NCBI GenBank assembly: GCA_902619105.1
Contig: CACNCV010000001.1
Span: forward strand, 402,706-466,705
Length of the DNA stretch: 64,000 bases
Source: an uncultured Pelagibacteraceae bacterium
GTDB taxonomy: Bacteria; Pseudomonadota; Alphaproteobacteria; Pelagibacterales; AG-422-B15
Direction of reading: 5' to 3'
Numbering within the stretch: the first letter of the stretch is position 1; the number at the start of each line of letters is the position of its first letter. The notes below the pieces were generated by a model that ran no database searches, was not told the DNA's origin, and saw nothing but the letters and a program-made list of their open reading frames with translations. Position numbers and translations under genes: made by a program. This document shows positions 9,823 through 21,118 of the stretch, piece by piece.

Positions 9823-10541
9823 GATAAATGTTCCCCACCATCTACAGCTATAAATTGACCTGTAATTGATTTTGATTCAAGAAGAAATTTAACTGTTTTG
9901 GCAATCTCCTCAGGCGGTGAACCTATTTTAAGTAAAGTATTTTTGATCGATTGATCAAAATGTTTTTTTGATTGATGAATATTTTTAAGTGTCGGACCTG
10001 GGCCAATCGCATTAACCCTAATGTTAGGAGCAAATGATTTTGCCATTATTGTAGTTGCAAATAGTAAAGCAGATTTTGAAATGGAGTAGGAAAAGAACGA
10101 TGTATCTGGATTGACTACATTTTGATCCAATATATTTATGATATGCCCTAAGCTCTTTTTTGGAAGTTGTTTATTAAATTCTTTAGATATGATTAGAGGG
10201 GCGTATAAGTTTATATTCATATGATCATACCAAAGTTTATCATTTAAATTTTCTATATTATCATTGATGAATAAGGAAGCATTATTAACAATTGCATGTA
10301 TTGGTCCAAAGAATTTTTTACTTCTTTTAATTATATCTTTAACATCAGATATTTTAGACAAATCAGTTTTCACTATTTCGCAATCGCGCCCGTGACCATT
10401 AATAATATTTTTCAACTCTCTGGCTGCTTTTGAAGACTTATTATAGTGTATTATAAAATTATAATTAGAATCTTTAAGAAATAGTGCGATTGATCTACCA
10501 ATTCTTTGCGAACCGCCTGTAATTAATATTGTTTTTTTCAT
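9819..10541 (-). CDS. Short-chain dehydrogenase/reductase (pteridine-reductase/FolM-like)
   Basis: 240-aa ORF with Rossmann motif TGGSQRIG, NNAS and catalytic YSISK. Its adjacency to the folB-like gene suggests a pterin substrate (inference). Confidence 0.7.
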   Translation of the reverse strand: MKKTILITGGSQRIGRSIALFLKDSNYNFIIHYNKSSKAARELKNIINGHGRDCEIVKTDLSKISDVKDIIKRSKKFFGPIHAIVNNASLFINDNIENLNDKLWYDHMNINLYAPLIISKEFNKQLPKKSLGHIINILDQNVVNPDTSFFSYSISKSALLFATTIMAKSFAPNIRVNAIGPGPTLKNIHQSKKHFDQSIKNTLLKIGSPPEEIAKTVKFLLESKSITGQFIAVDGGEHLS

Positions 10542-11473
10542 AATATAAAAGAATACCCAAGATATAAAAAATAACTAATCAAGAAAAAAGCAGAATGTAT
10601 TTTTCTCATTTGAATTCTTAAAATTGCCATAAGAGCTATCATCAAAGTTACTAATATTAAAATATATATGTGAAATACATCTATATTTTTTAGAGAATAT
10701 TCAAGCCCTCTAAGTTGAACAATTATAACCCCTGGTAGGAAAACAAACAGTATGTTCATAATGTTGCTACCAATAACATTACCAATACCTATAGAGCCCT
10801 TCTTTTTTAAGTAAGAAATAATAACAGTTATCAATTCAGGTAAGGATGTACCAATGGCCAGAACAAAAATACCTATTAGTACCTCGTTAACTCCTAACGT
10901 TTGAAAAATATTCAGTGAGCTGTCTAAAAAAATTTTCCCACCAATAAAAATGCCTATGAAGGTACTTAGTAAAATTAAATAAGTGTATCTTCCAAAAATT
11001 TTTTGTTCTTCATTTTGATCTGAGGATTTATAATTACGAAGAAAATTGATAAAGAACAAAGTTAAAACTAAATAGCCGATTGTGTGAATGAGAGTGACTG
11101 TTTGGCTAACATAGAATAAGAGCGCGAAGTATAAAGATATTAAAAGTAAGAAAATAATATCCTTTGTGCCTAATTTATCTAGATTAATTTTGAAAAAAAA
11201 TGCTGAAGTTCCTAAAATTAGTAAAATATTTGCAATATTAGATCCTATAATATTTCCGGTAATGGCATCAGTAGCTGGAACGATCTTTGTTGCAGCAAAT
11301 AGAGTTATAACTAGTTCAGGTGCTGATGTACCAAACGCTACAATTGTTAAACCTATTAATACTGGGGATAAATTGAACTTTTTAGCAATTGCGTCAGCCG
11401 ACTCAATCATTTTATCTGCACTGTATAAAAGAAGAGATAATCCTATTAACAGTATGCAGAAATCTATAAACAT
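10538..11473 (-). CDS. Ca2+/Na+ antiporter, CaCA (YrbG-like) family
   Basis: 311-aa polytopic ORF with two internally repeated alpha-repeat motifs (GTSAPELV... and GTSLPELI...). Confidence 0.75.
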   Translation of the reverse strand: MFIDFCILLIGLSLLLYSADKMIESADAIAKKFNLSPVLIGLTIVAFGTSAPELVITLFAATKIVPATDAITGNIIGSNIANILLILGTSAFFFKINLDKLGTKDIIFLLLISLYFALLFYVSQTVTLIHTIGYLVLTLFFINFLRNYKSSDQNEEQKIFGRYTYLILLSTFIGIFIGGKIFLDSSLNIFQTLGVNEVLIGIFVLAIGTSLPELITVIISYLKKKGSIGIGNVIGSNIMNILFVFLPGVIIVQLRGLEYSLKNIDVFHIYILILVTLMIALMAILRIQMRKIHSAFFLISYFLYLGYSFIL

Positions 11474-13527
11474 TAAGTAAAGTACTTTCTTTTTTTCCTT
11501 TTGTTTTTTTTATAAACTATATTGCTATTGGATGGTAACTCTAATTCATTATTCTCAAGCCTTTTTATCTCATCTCTTAACTTAGCAGCTTCTTCAAAAT
11601 TGAGATCATCAGCAAAATCCATCATATTTTTCTTAAGTTCCTCAAGATGTTTTTTTAGATTATTTCCGACGAGATGTTTTTCTGTACTCTTCAAATCAAC
11701 GTTTACACGATCATTTTCATAAATACTTTCAAGAATATCACTAATATCCCTCTTAATAGTTTCAGGTGTAATATTATTTTCTTGGTTATATTTCTTTTGT
11801 ATATCTCTTCTTCTGTCAGTCTCACTTATTGCTTTTTTTATACTTTCTGTTTCTTTATCAGCATACAGTATTACTCTTCCATCTACATTCCTTGCTGCTC
11901 TACCGATTGTCTGTACCAATGACCTCTCCGATCTTAAGAAGCCTTCTTTATCAGCATCTAATATTGCGACTAAAGCACATTCAGGTATATCCAAACCTTC
12001 TCTAAGTAAATTGATGCCCACTAACACGTCGAACAATCCCTTTCTAAGGTCGCGTATAATTTCAATTCTCTCTAATGTATCAATATCTGAATGCATATAT
12101 TTTACTTTTATTCCGTTTTCATGCATATACTCTGACAAGTCCTCAGCCATGCGTTTAGTAAGCGTTGTCACTAATACTCGGTATTTAAGATCAATAATTT
12201 TTTTACATTCTGATATTAAATCTTCAACTTGAGTTTTCGCAGGCCTTATTTCAACCTCTGGATCAATCAACCCTGTTGGCCTTATTATTTGTTCAGTAAA
12301 TACCCCTTGAGTTTTTTGCATTTCCCATGGTCCTGGAGTAGCAGAAATGAATAAACTTTGAGGTCGCATCATTTCCCATTCCTCAAACTTTAATGGTCTG
12401 TTATCTAAACAAGATGGTAATCTAAAGCCATATTCTGACAGAGTTGTTTTTCTGCTTCGGTCACCTTTATACATGCCTTCTAATTGAGGTACTGTGACAT
12501 GACTTTCATCAACAAAAAGGAGTGCATTGTCAGGCAAGTATTCAAAAAGTGTTGGAGGCGGTTCGCCTGGATTTCTTCCAGAGAGATATCTTGAATAATT
12601 CTCAATGCCTGGACAACTACCCGTTGCCTCAATCATTTCTAAATCAAACCTTGTTCTTTCTTCTATTCGTTGAGCCTCAATTAATTTATTTTCTTTTTTA
12701 AATTCAGGAATCCTTACTTCTAAATCTTTTCGTATTTGTTTTATGGCAGTATCAAGTGTTGGCCTTGGAGTGACATAGTGACTGTTTGCATAAATTTTTA
12801 TAGTTTCTAACTCAGCTGTCTTTTTTCCAGTCAATGGATCAAATTCACTTATTGATTCGAGATCATCTCCGAATAACGATAATTTCCACGCGCGGTCTTC
12901 GTAATGGGATGGAAAAACTTCAATCAAGTCTCCACGCACTCTAAATGTGCCTCTATGAAAATCTGTGTCGTTTCGGTTATATTGAAGCGTGATGAGTTTT
13001 TGAATAATTTCATTTCGTCCAATCTTTTGATTTTTTTCTAATCGAATAGTCATTGATCTATAAGTTTCAACAGAACCTATTCCATAAATACATGAAACAC
13101 TTGCAACAATTACAACATCTTTTCTCTCAAGTAAGGATTGAGTTGCTGAGTGTCTCATTCGATCGATTTGTTCATTTATCGATGCTTCTTTTTCTATGTA
13201 AGTATTTGACCTCGGTACGTATGCTTCAGGTATATAATAGTCATAATAAGATACAAAATATTCAACAGCATTGTCTGGAAAGAACGACTTCATTTCACCA
13301 TATAATTGTGCTGCTAAAGTTTTATTTGGAGCAAGTATTAGAGTTGGCCTTTGAAGTTTTTCTATAATTTTAGCCATCGTGAAAGTTTTGCCTGATCCAG
13401 TTACTCCAAGCAAAACTTGTTCCATCTCATCGCCTTTAATACTATTAACAATCTCTTCAATTGCTTGAGGCTGATCTCCAGCAGGTTTGTATTCAGATGT
13501 AACTTTAAGAACTTCAGAATTTGGCAT
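11473..13527 (-). CDS. uvrB: Excinuclease ABC subunit B
   Basis: 684-aa ORF with Walker [13 protein letters not shown] box, helicase C domain and C-terminal UVR motif [14 protein letters not shown]. Confidence 0.95.
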   Translation of the reverse strand: MPNSEVLKVTSEYKPAGDQPQAIEEIVNSIKGDEMEQVLLGVTGSGKTFTMAKIIEKLQRPTLILAPNKTLAAQLYGEMKSFFPDNAVEYFVSYYDYYIPEAYVPRSNTYIEKEASINEQIDRMRHSATQSLLERKDVVIVASVSCIYGIGSVETYRSMTIRLEKNQKIGRNEIIQKLITLQYNRNDTDFHRGTFRVRGDLIEVFPSHYEDRAWKLSLFGDDLESISEFDPLTGKKTAELETIKIYANSHYVTPRPTLDTAIKQIRKDLEVRIPEFKKENKLIEAQRIEERTRFDLEMIEATGSCPGIENYSRYLSGRNPGEPPPTLFEYLPDNALLFVDESHVTVPQLEGMYKGDRSRKTTLSEYGFRLPSCLDNRPLKFEEWEMMRPQSLFISATPGPWEMQKTQGVFTEQIIRPTGLIDPEVEIRPAKTQVEDLISECKKIIDLKYRVLVTTLTKRMAEDLSEYMHENGIKVKYMHSDIDTLERIEIIRDLRKGLFDVLVGINLLREGLDIPECALVAILDADKEGFLRSERSLVQTIGRAARNVDGRVILYADKETESIKKAISETDRRRDIQKKYNQENNITPETIKRDISDILESIYENDRVNVDLKSTEKHLVGNNLKKHLEELKKNMMDFADDLNFEEAAKLRDEIKRLENNELELPSNSNIVYKKNKRKKRKYFT

Positions 13528-13618
13528 TAATTTATTAATTAGTTAGAATATAAATTGTGTATTAATCTAATTTAATATAATAGCTGATTGTATAAATAAC
13601 AAATTCTGGGGATAAGCA

Positions 13619-14821
13619 GTGGTAGAACTATCACACAGTATAAAAAGAATTAAGCCATCGGCCACCATGGCAGTGACCCAAAAAGCTCGTGAATTAAAGG
13701 CTGCGGGAAAGGATATTATAGGGCTAGGAGCAGGCGAACCTGATTTTGATACTCCAGAAAATATTAAAAAAGCTGCCATTCAAGCGATAAATGCTGGAGA
13801 TACCAAATATACCCCTGTTGATGGAACTCCAGAACTGAAGAAAGCAATCAAAGCAAAATTTAAAAGAGAAAATAATTTAGATTACGAGCTTGATGAAATC
13901 TCTGTTGGTACAGGAGGAAAGCAAATTATTTTTAATGCATTTGCTGTCTCCTTAAATGAGTCAGATGAAGTAATTATTCCAGCGCCTTATTGGGTAACTT
14001 ACCCTGATGTCGTTAATTATTTCAATGGAAAACCTATTTTCGTTGAATGTGGTGAAGAGTCAGGATTTAAAATAACCCCACAACAACTTGAAAACACAAT
14101 CAATCAATCAACCAAATGGTTTATTCTTAATTCACCATCAAATCCAACAGGTTCATGTTATACAAAGAATGAACTTTTAGAACTTGCAAATGTTTTGAAA
14201 AAATATCCACACGTGAACATAATGACAGATGATTTATATGAACATCTTATATACGATGATAATGAATTTCATACTTTTGCAAGCATTGCTCCAGAACTTA
14301 AGGAAAGAATATTAACATTGAACGGAGTTAGTAAGGCATATGCTATGACAGGTTGGAGAATTGGTTATGCGGGAGGAAATGCCGGCTTAATTAAAGCCAT
14401 GGGCAAGCTTCAGTCTCAATCAACAAGCAATCCAACATCTATCAGTCAAGCTGCAGCAGTTGAAGCCTTAAATGGAGATAATTCATTCATTGCCGAAAGA
14501 GCCAAAGTATTTAAAGGTAGACGTGATTTTCTAATCAATGAATTTACTAGTATGAATGGAATTACATGTAGAGTACCTGAAGGGGCATTTTATGTTTTTC
14601 CATCATGTAAAGGAGTAATTGGAAAAGTTGATGAGTCGAATAATAAAATTACAAATGATGAAGAATTTACGACATCATTATTAGAGCATGCGGGAGTTGC
14701 TGTTGTTCAAGGTTCAGCTTTTGGTTTGGAGGGCTATTTTAGAATTTCTTATGCAACTTCAGACGAAAACTTAAAAAATGCATGCATTCGAATGAGAGAT
14801 TTTCTTAATAAATTAAGATAA
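13619..14821 (+). CDS. aspC: Aspartate/aromatic aminotransferase (class I PLP enzyme)
   Basis: 400-aa ORF with a GTG start, NSPSNPTG and the PLP-lysine motif SKAYAMTGWRIGY. Confidence 0.85.
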   Translation: MVELSHSIKRIKPSATMAVTQKARELKAAGKDIIGLGAGEPDFDTPENIKKAAIQAINAGDTKYTPVDGTPELKKAIKAKFKRENNLDYELDEISVGTGGKQIIFNAFAVSLNESDEVIIPAPYWVTYPDVVNYFNGKPIFVECGEESGFKITPQQLENTINQSTKWFILNSPSNPTGSCYTKNELLELANVLKKYPHVNIMTDDLYEHLIYDDNEFHTFASIAPELKERILTLNGVSKAYAMTGWRIGYAGGNAGLIKAMGKLQSQSTSNPTSISQAAAVEALNGDNSFIAERAKVFKGRRDFLINEFTSMNGITCRVPEGAFYVFPSCKGVIGKVDESNNKITNDEEFTTSLLEHAGVAVVQGSAFGLEGYFRISYATSDENLKNACIRMRDFLNKLR

Positions 14822-15745
14822 TTCAGCTAGGTATTTTTCTGCCTCAAGCGCTGCCATACAACCCATACCAGCTGCAGTAACCGCCTGACGATAAATTTTA
14901 TCCTTTACATCTCCTGCTGCGTATACACCTTCAACGTTAGTAAGTGTTGAGTCAGGTTTTGTAATTATATATCCATCTTCATCCATTTCGACTTGGTCCC
15001 TAAAAATTTGAGTAGCTGGATCATGCCCTATAGCAACAAAGACACCGTCTAGCTCGATACTGCTGGTTTCGTTAGTTTTTGTATTTTTAATGTTTATACT
15101 TTTTACATTTAGAGGATCATCATCGCCAACTATTTCTTTTAGTTCGCTATCCCACACACACTCAACTTTTTCATTTTTAAACAATCTATCTTGAAGAATT
15201 TTTTCAGCTCGAAGTTCATCACGCCTATGAACAAGGTACACTTTAGATGCAAAGTTTGTTAAATATAAAGCTTCCTCAACAGCCGAATTACCACCGCCGA
15301 TGACTGCTACCTTTTTTTCCTTAAAAAAGAAGCCATCACAAGTTGCACAAGCTGAAACGCCATATCCTTGAAATTTTTTTTCAGAGTCTAATCCAAGCCA
15401 TCTTGCTTGAGCTCCTGTTGAGATAATCACTGAGTCGGCAGTATATTCAGTTCCCGACTCGCTAATAGCCTTAAATGGCTTACACTTAAAGTCTACACTT
15501 TTTATAATGTCATTTATAATATTTGTTCCAACATTTTTTGCTTGTTCTTGCATTTGTTCCATTAACCATGGACCTTGTATCACATCCCCGTACCCAGGAT
15601 AGTTTTCAACATCAGTTGTTATAGTAAGTTGCCCACCTGGCTGCAAACCTTGAACTAAAGTCGGCTCGAGCATTGCCCTTGCCGCATATATTGCAGCAGT
15701 ATATCCTGCGGGACCTGAACCTATTATTAGAACTTTTGAATGCAT
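14813..15745 (-). CDS. trxB: Thioredoxin-disulfide reductase
   Basis: 310-aa ORF with FAD motif GSGPAG, redox-active CATCDG and NADPH motif GGGNSA. Confidence 0.9.
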   Translation of the reverse strand: MHSKVLIIGSGPAGYTAAIYAARAMLEPTLVQGLQPGGQLTITTDVENYPGYGDVIQGPWLMEQMQEQAKNVGTNIINDIIKSVDFKCKPFKAISESGTEYTADSVIISTGAQARWLGLDSEKKFQGYGVSACATCDGFFFKEKKVAVIGGGNSAVEEALYLTNFASKVYLVHRRDELRAEKILQDRLFKNEKVECVWDSELKEIVGDDDPLNVKSINIKNTKTNETSSIELDGVFVAIGHDPATQIFRDQVEMDEDGYIITKPDSTLTNVEGVYAAGDVKDKIYRQAVTAAGMGCMAALEAEKYLAELS

Positions 15746-15817
15746 TTAATTTTTATAATCTATATATTATCTTCTAGTAATTAAAGAACTTTTGTATTCA
15801 ACATAGATAGTTATTAA

Positions 15818-16792
15818 ATGACCAATTTCAAGAATTTGAGAGCGTGGTGCCTAACAGATGGATCAGCAGGAATGATCAGTCAGGTCAAAGGCCTTGCTGG
15901 TGCTCTTAATTTAAATTTTGAGCAAAAGACAATAGATTTAAAATTTCCTTGGAATAAGCTTCCAGTGGGAATATTGCCACCATCTAAAATTATATTTAAT
16001 AATTACAGACAAATAAGCTTAGAAAGTAATATTCCTCCAGATATTATTATATCATGTGGCAAGAGGTCTATATATGCATCTTTACACCTCAAAAAATCAT
16101 TAAAAAATAAAGTCTTTTCAATTCATATACAAAATCCAAAAATCAACCCAGCTCATTTTGATTTGGTTGTCGCTCCAGCACATGATGATTTAAAAGGTAA
16201 AAATGTGCTTCAAACTGATTTAGCACTTAATCATATAAACAAAAGTCTACTAAGCAAAGAGGCTGAGCTTTACGCAGCTCAATTCTCAAAAATAGAAAAA
16301 CCTATTTGTGCAATTTTCTTAGGTGGTCAAAACCGAAATTATCGCTTCGATATATCTGTTGTTAAGGTATTAGCTGATCAAGTTGATAAAATTATTAAAA
16401 ATAATGACATTCAGTTATACATTTTATTTTCAAGAAGAACTGATGAATTTATTATTGAATACCTGAAAGAACGCTTTTTGGATCAGAATATTATTTGGAA
16501 CGGCGAAGGTAATCCTTATTTAGCCTTAATGAAGTTTTCTAAATATCTTATTTGTACAGCTGACTCAGTTTCAATAATTTCAGAGTCTATATCTTCAACT
16601 AAACCAGTATATATTTTTAAACTTCCAAGCTTAAAAAAAAATAACAGAATAGAAAAATTTATTACGATGTTGTTGCAAAAAAATTACGCAAGGCTTTTAG
16701 GAGAAAAACTCGAAGACTTTACAAATTCATATGAAAATGAGACCTTCCAAGTAGCCAGAATGATTGAAGAAAGGTATAATAAAAAAGCATGA
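15818..16792 (+). CDS. ELM1 (mitochondrial fission)/DUF1022 family protein, glycosyltransferase-like fold
   Basis: 324-aa ORF whose N-terminus (WCLTDGSAGMISQVKGLAGAL) matches the conserved opening of the ELM1/DUF1022 family as I recall it. Function in bacteria is unknown. Confidence 0.6.
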   Translation: MTNFKNLRAWCLTDGSAGMISQVKGLAGALNLNFEQKTIDLKFPWNKLPVGILPPSKIIFNNYRQISLESNIPPDIIISCGKRSIYASLHLKKSLKNKVFSIHIQNPKINPAHFDLVVAPAHDDLKGKNVLQTDLALNHINKSLLSKEAELYAAQFSKIEKPICAIFLGGQNRNYRFDISVVKVLADQVDKIIKNNDIQLYILFSRRTDEFIIEYLKERFLDQNIIWNGEGNPYLALMKFSKYLICTADSVSIISESISSTKPVYIFKLPSLKKNNRIEKFITMLLQKNYARLLGEKLEDFTNSYENETFQVARMIEERYNKKA

Positions 16793-17415
16793 CATTAATC
16801 AATGCTTTGAAAAATAATTTATCGCATTCCAATGTACCTTTTAATCATTGGACAATTACTAACCCTCTATCAGAGAAAGCAATAGATGAAATTTATTCTA
16901 TCAATTTTCCTGAAGGTGAAGTTATTTTCGATGGAACAAGAGCAGGAGATAAAACAGGGGATAATTTACTTAGTAAGTTAAGAATATTTATCAATAAAGA
17001 TAATGCAGAGGAATATTCTGAATTATTTGGACTAGTAAAAGAAATGCAATCAAAAGAATGTACTGACTTCATTTCTAATCTAATCAATAGAGATTTAAAA
17101 AACTCTTATGTTAGATTAGAAGTCATTGCCGATCGAGATGGATTTTGGCTTGAACCTCACTGTGACATCAAGGAAAAATTAATGTCATCAATTTTGTTTG
17201 TAAACAGATACGGAGAAAATGAAAATTTAGGAACAGATTTTTATACTCCGGATTTGAAAGTTGCTAAAACTCTACCTTATAAAAATAATACAGGGTATAT
17301 TTTTACTTCAGAAGAAAATTCTTGGCATGGACTTGAAAAGAAAAAAATTAAGAAAGAAAGACGCTGCTTGCAATTAAATTATGTTACTTTTGAAACAGAG
17401 TGGCCAGTAGACTGA
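16789..17415 (+). CDS. Hypothetical protein, possible 2OG-Fe(II) oxygenase (cupin) fold
   Basis: 208-aa ORF with a 4-nt ATGA overlap with the ELM1-like gene. It has a candidate HxD...H facial triad (LEPHCD, NSWHG) and a downstream Arg (RRCLQ). Assignment is by motif only. Confidence 0.35.
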   Translation: MTLINALKNNLSHSNVPFNHWTITNPLSEKAIDEIYSINFPEGEVIFDGTRAGDKTGDNLLSKLRIFINKDNAEEYSELFGLVKEMQSKECTDFISNLINRDLKNSYVRLEVIADRDGFWLEPHCDIKEKLMSSILFVNRYGENENLGTDFYTPDLKVAKTLPYKNNTGYIFTSEENSWHGLEKKKIKKERRCLQLNYVTFETEWPVD

Positions 17416-17885
17416 TGGTAAAAAAAGAAATTGATAGTGTCGATCTAAAAATACTTCGAATACTTCAAGATGAAGGAAGAATTTCAAATCTAGATCTATC
17501 TAAGAAAATTGAAATGTCTCCACCGCCTACACTAAGAAGAGTAAGAGACTTAGAAGATAATGGGTATATTGATGGTTTTCGTGCAAATCTAGATCCATCA
17601 AAGCTTGGATATGACTTAGTAGCATGGATATTTGTGAGTTTAAAAAATCAAAATGAAGAAAGCTTGGGGTCTTTTGAAAAGCTGGTTTGGGGTCTGGAAC
17701 CTATCAGAGAGTGCTTTATGTTAAACGGTGAAATAGATTTTATTCTTAAATGTGTAGTGAAAAATATGAATGAATTTAATAATTTTTTAACAACACATGT
17801 GACTTCAAATGAAAATATTTTGAGTGTCAAAACAGCCTTTGTCATAAAAAATACAAAGAAACTCGGTACTGTTCCTCTAGATTAG
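17415..17885 (+). CDS. lrp: Lrp/AsnC-family transcriptional regulator
   Basis: N-terminal HTH ([24 protein letters not shown]) and a C-terminal AsnC/RAM domain. I prefer the ATG at 17415 (TGATG overlap with the previous stop) over the GTG at 17400 in the ORF track. Confidence 0.85.
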   Translation: MVKKEIDSVDLKILRILQDEGRISNLDLSKKIEMSPPPTLRRVRDLEDNGYIDGFRANLDPSKLGYDLVAWIFVSLKNQNEESLGSFEKLVWGLEPIRECFMLNGEIDFILKCVVKNMNEFNNFLTTHVTSNENILSVKTAFVIKNTKKLGTVPLD

Positions 17886-20800
17886 TGAAATTTAGTTATA
17901 GGGTTAACTTCCAATTCATTATTTCTTAATTCTTTAATAGAATTAATAGCGGCTCTTGCTCCAGATACTGTGAGAAAGTATGGCAAACTTTTCATGAGAG
18001 CAGTTCTTCTTATACCAAAGGAGTCATTAATTGATTTTCTTCCTTCAGTTGTATTAATTATTATATCAACTTTGTCATCAATTAACTCTTCAACAATATG
18101 AGGTGATCCTTGCGAAACCTTGTTAATCTTCTTAACCTTAACACCACCCTCCATCAAATAATCAGCTGTTCCTGCAGTCGCATTCACTTGAAATCCTAAT
18201 TTTTGAAAGGACCTTATAATTGGAAGTATTTTTGGCTTATCAGAGTCTTTTACAGATACGAATAAAGAACCTTTCTTAGGAAGAGGGTTTGAGGATGCTA
18301 ACTGACATTTGATAAAAGCTGACTCAAATGACTTATCGATGGCCATTACCTCTCCAGTAGATTTCATTTCAGGGCCTAAGATGGTGTCAACATTAGGAAA
18401 GCGTTTAAAAGGAAATACTGGTTCTTTAATTGAGATACAATTAGATTTACGAATTTTAAATTTATCTTTATTCAATGGTTTTCCCATTGCTGCAATTAGT
18501 GCTATTTTAACAATTGGATTACCTGTGGCTTTAGCTACAAACGGCACAGTTCGACTGCTTCTAGGGTTAACTTCAAGTAAAAATATATTATTATTTTGAA
18601 TTGCAAATTGTATATTTAGTAAGCCTTTCACCTTCAGCGCAATAGCTAATTTTTTAGTCTGCTTTTCTATATCTTTAATGATTTTTTCTGACAATGAGTA
18701 AGGTGGTAGCGTGCATGTCGAGTCACCAGAATGGATTCCTGCTTCCTCAATATGTTCCATGATACCTGCAATGATGACTTTTTTTCCATCAGATACAGCA
18801 TCGACATCTACTTCGATAGAATCTTTCAAATAGTGATCTATTAGAACAGGGCTTTTACCACTAACTACTACAGCTTCTTTGAAGTATTTTTTTAATTCAT
18901 CTTCATTGTGAACAATCTCCATAGCTCTTCCGCCTAATACATATGATGGCCTGATCACTGCTGGGAAACCTATTTTCTTAATTACTGAGTTAGCTTCTTT
19001 TTCAGAATATGCGATACCATTTGCTGGTTGCAACAGATTTAAGTTTTCAGAAATCTTTTTAAATTTTTCTCTATCCTCAGCAGTGTCAATCGATTCAGTT
19101 GAAGTACCCAAAATTGGTATATTCATTTTATTTAAATAGTCAGACAACTTAAGAGGCGTCTGACCGCCGAATTGAACAATAACTCCTAAAAGATTTCCTT
19201 TGCTTTTTTCCTTTCTAATAATTTCATATACATTTTCATTCGTAAGGGGTTCAAAATAAAGTCTGTCACTGGTATCTGGGTCGGTAGAGACTGTCTCTGG
19301 ATTACAGTTGATCATGATTGTTTCATATTTTAATTCTTTTAGGGCAAATGAAGCATGACAGCAGCAATAATCAAATTCAACACCTTGTCCAATTCGATTT
19401 GGACCACTTCCAAGTATAATTACCTTTTTTTTATATGTTGGACTAGATTCGCATGCATCACTATTTAAAGAATTTTTAGCGTAAGTTGAGTACATGTATG
19501 GGGTCTTAGCTTCAAACTCAGCAGCACAGGTATCTATTCTTTTAAAGTCAGGAAAAATTTTGTTTTTGACGCGCATATTAAAAACTTTCTCTTCCTTTGT
19601 ATTACAGAGCTGTGATATTTTTTTGTCTGAAAATCCCAAAGATTTTATTCTAAGCAATTCTTTAGCGTTTCGTGGCAATCCTTTTTTTAGGGTTTTTTCC
19701 GTATCAACTATCCTTTTAATTTGACCAATAAACCAAGGATCGACTTTTGAGGACTTATAAATTTGAGCTATATCTAATCCAAAACGTAGTGCCTGAGCCA
19801 CTAATAATAGTTTATCTGCAAGAGGTTTTTTAAGTTCAGATAAAATATTTTTCTTTGTGAGCTTTTTTTTATTCATACTTACAGTTACTTCGTCCAAGCC
19901 GTCTAAACCAGTTTCAAGCGACCTCATTGCTTTTTGCAATGACTCTGGAAATGACCTTCCAATAGCCATGACTTCACCAACAGATTTCATTGAACTTGAT
20001 AGTAAAGGTTGCGTTAATTGAAATTTTTCAAAGGTAAATCTCGGAATTTTTGTAACTACATAGTCAATTGTTGGCTCAAACGATGCAGGTGTAACTTTCG
20101 TAATTTCGTTAGTAAGTTCATCTAATGTGTATCCAACTGCTAATTTAGCGGCAACTTTGGCAATTGGAAACCCTGTCGCCTTAGAAGCTAAAGCAGAAGA
20201 TCTGGAAACTCTTGGGTTCATTTCAATAATTACAAGCCTTCCATTTTTTGGATTAACTGCAAATTGAACATTAGAGCCTCCAGTTTCAACGCCAATTTCT
20301 CTGAGACATGCAATGGATGCGTTTCTCATAATTTGATATTCTTTATCAGTTAAAGTAAGTGCAGGAGCTATTGTTATTGAGTCACCTGTATGAACTCCCA
20401 TGGGGTCTACATTTTCAATTGAGCATATGATAATACAATTATCGTTTTTGTCTCTCACAACTTCCATTTCGAATTCTTTCCATCCAGCTACAGACTCTTC
20501 AATTAAAATTTCATTAATCGGTGAGTTATAAAGTCCAGAATTTGCGATTTCCTCAAACTGTTTCTCGGTAGTTGCGATTCCTCCACCCGTGCCTCCAAGT
20601 GTGAACGATGGTCTTATGATGACGGGCAATCCAATATTCTTTAGAGCCTTTTTTGCGTCTTTAAAATTTCTAGCAATTTCTGCTCTTGGGCATTCTAAGC
20701 CAATCTTAGTCATGGCTTTATAAAAACTTTCTCTTTCTTCTGCCTTTTTGATTGCTTTAAGATTTGCACCAATTAGTTCAACTTTATACTTTTTTAAAGT

Positions 20801-21118
20801 TCCATTTTTCGAAAGTTCAATTGCTATATTTAATGCTGTCTGACCTCCCATTGTAGGTAGAAGTACATCAGGTCTTTCTTTCTTAATTATTTTTGAAACA
20901 ATCTCAGGCGTGATTGGTTCGATGTATACTACATCAGCAGTGTCAGGATCAGTCATTATAGTTGCAGGATTAGAATTAATTAGAATTACTCTATATCCCT
21001 CTTCTCTTAATGCCTTACAAGCCTGTGTTCCTGAATAATCGAACTCGCATGCCTGTCCGATTATAATTGGACCAGCTCCTACAATTAAAATAGATTTTAT
21101 GTCTTTTCTCTTAGGCAT
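17882..21118 (-). CDS. carB: Carbamoyl-phosphate synthase large subunit
   Basis: 1078-aa ORF with duplicated ATP-grasp halves and a C-terminal MGS-like domain. It is strongly conserved throughout. Confidence 0.97.
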   Translation of the reverse strand: MPKRKDIKSILIVGAGPIIIGQACEFDYSGTQACKALREEGYRVILINSNPATIMTDPDTADVVYIEPITPEIVSKIIKKERPDVLLPTMGGQTALNIAIELSKNGTLKKYKVELIGANLKAIKKAEERESFYKAMTKIGLECPRAEIARNFKDAKKALKNIGLPVIIRPSFTLGGTGGGIATTEKQFEEIANSGLYNSPINEILIEESVAGWKEFEMEVVRDKNDNCIIICSIENVDPMGVHTGDSITIAPALTLTDKEYQIMRNASIACLREIGVETGGSNVQFAVNPKNGRLVIIEMNPRVSRSSALASKATGFPIAKVAAKLAVGYTLDELTNEITKVTPASFEPTIDYVVTKIPRFTFEKFQLTQPLLSSSMKSVGEVMAIGRSFPESLQKAMRSLETGLDGLDEVTVSMNKKKLTKKNILSELKKPLADKLLLVAQALRFGLDIAQIYKSSKVDPWFIGQIKRIVDTEKTLKKGLPRNAKELLRIKSLGFSDKKISQLCNTKEEKVFNMRVKNKIFPDFKRIDTCAAEFEAKTPYMYSTYAKNSLNSDACESSPTYKKKVIILGSGPNRIGQGVEFDYCCCHASFALKELKYETIMINCNPETVSTDPDTSDRLYFEPLTNENVYEIIRKEKSKGNLLGVIVQFGGQTPLKLSDYLNKMNIPILGTSTESIDTAEDREKFKKISENLNLLQPANGIAYSEKEANSVIKKIGFPAVIRPSYVLGGRAMEIVHNEDELKKYFKEAVVVSGKSPVLIDHYLKDSIEVDVDAVSDGKKVIIAGIMEHIEEAGIHSGDSTCTLPPYSLSEKIIKDIEKQTKKLAIALKVKGLLNIQFAIQNNNIFLLEVNPRSSRTVPFVAKATGNPIVKIALIAAMGKPLNKDKFKIRKSNCISIKEPVFPFKRFPNVDTILGPEMKSTGEVMAIDKSFESAFIKCQLASSNPLPKKGSLFVSVKDSDKPKILPIIRSFQKLGFQVNATAGTADYLMEGGVKVKKINKVSQGSPHIVEELIDDKVDIIINTTEGRKSINDSFGIRRTALMKSLPYFLTVSGARAAINSIKELRNNELEVNPITKFH

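Noticed and set aside
11166-11480. 104-aa + strand ORF, and similar shadow ORFs at 32094-32435, 38147-38455, 51403-51750, 13053-13367 and 41844-42140
   Set aside because: All are antisense or out of frame within well-supported genes (CaCA exchanger, transporter, mlaA, ftsW, uvrB, ftsZ) and lack motifs.
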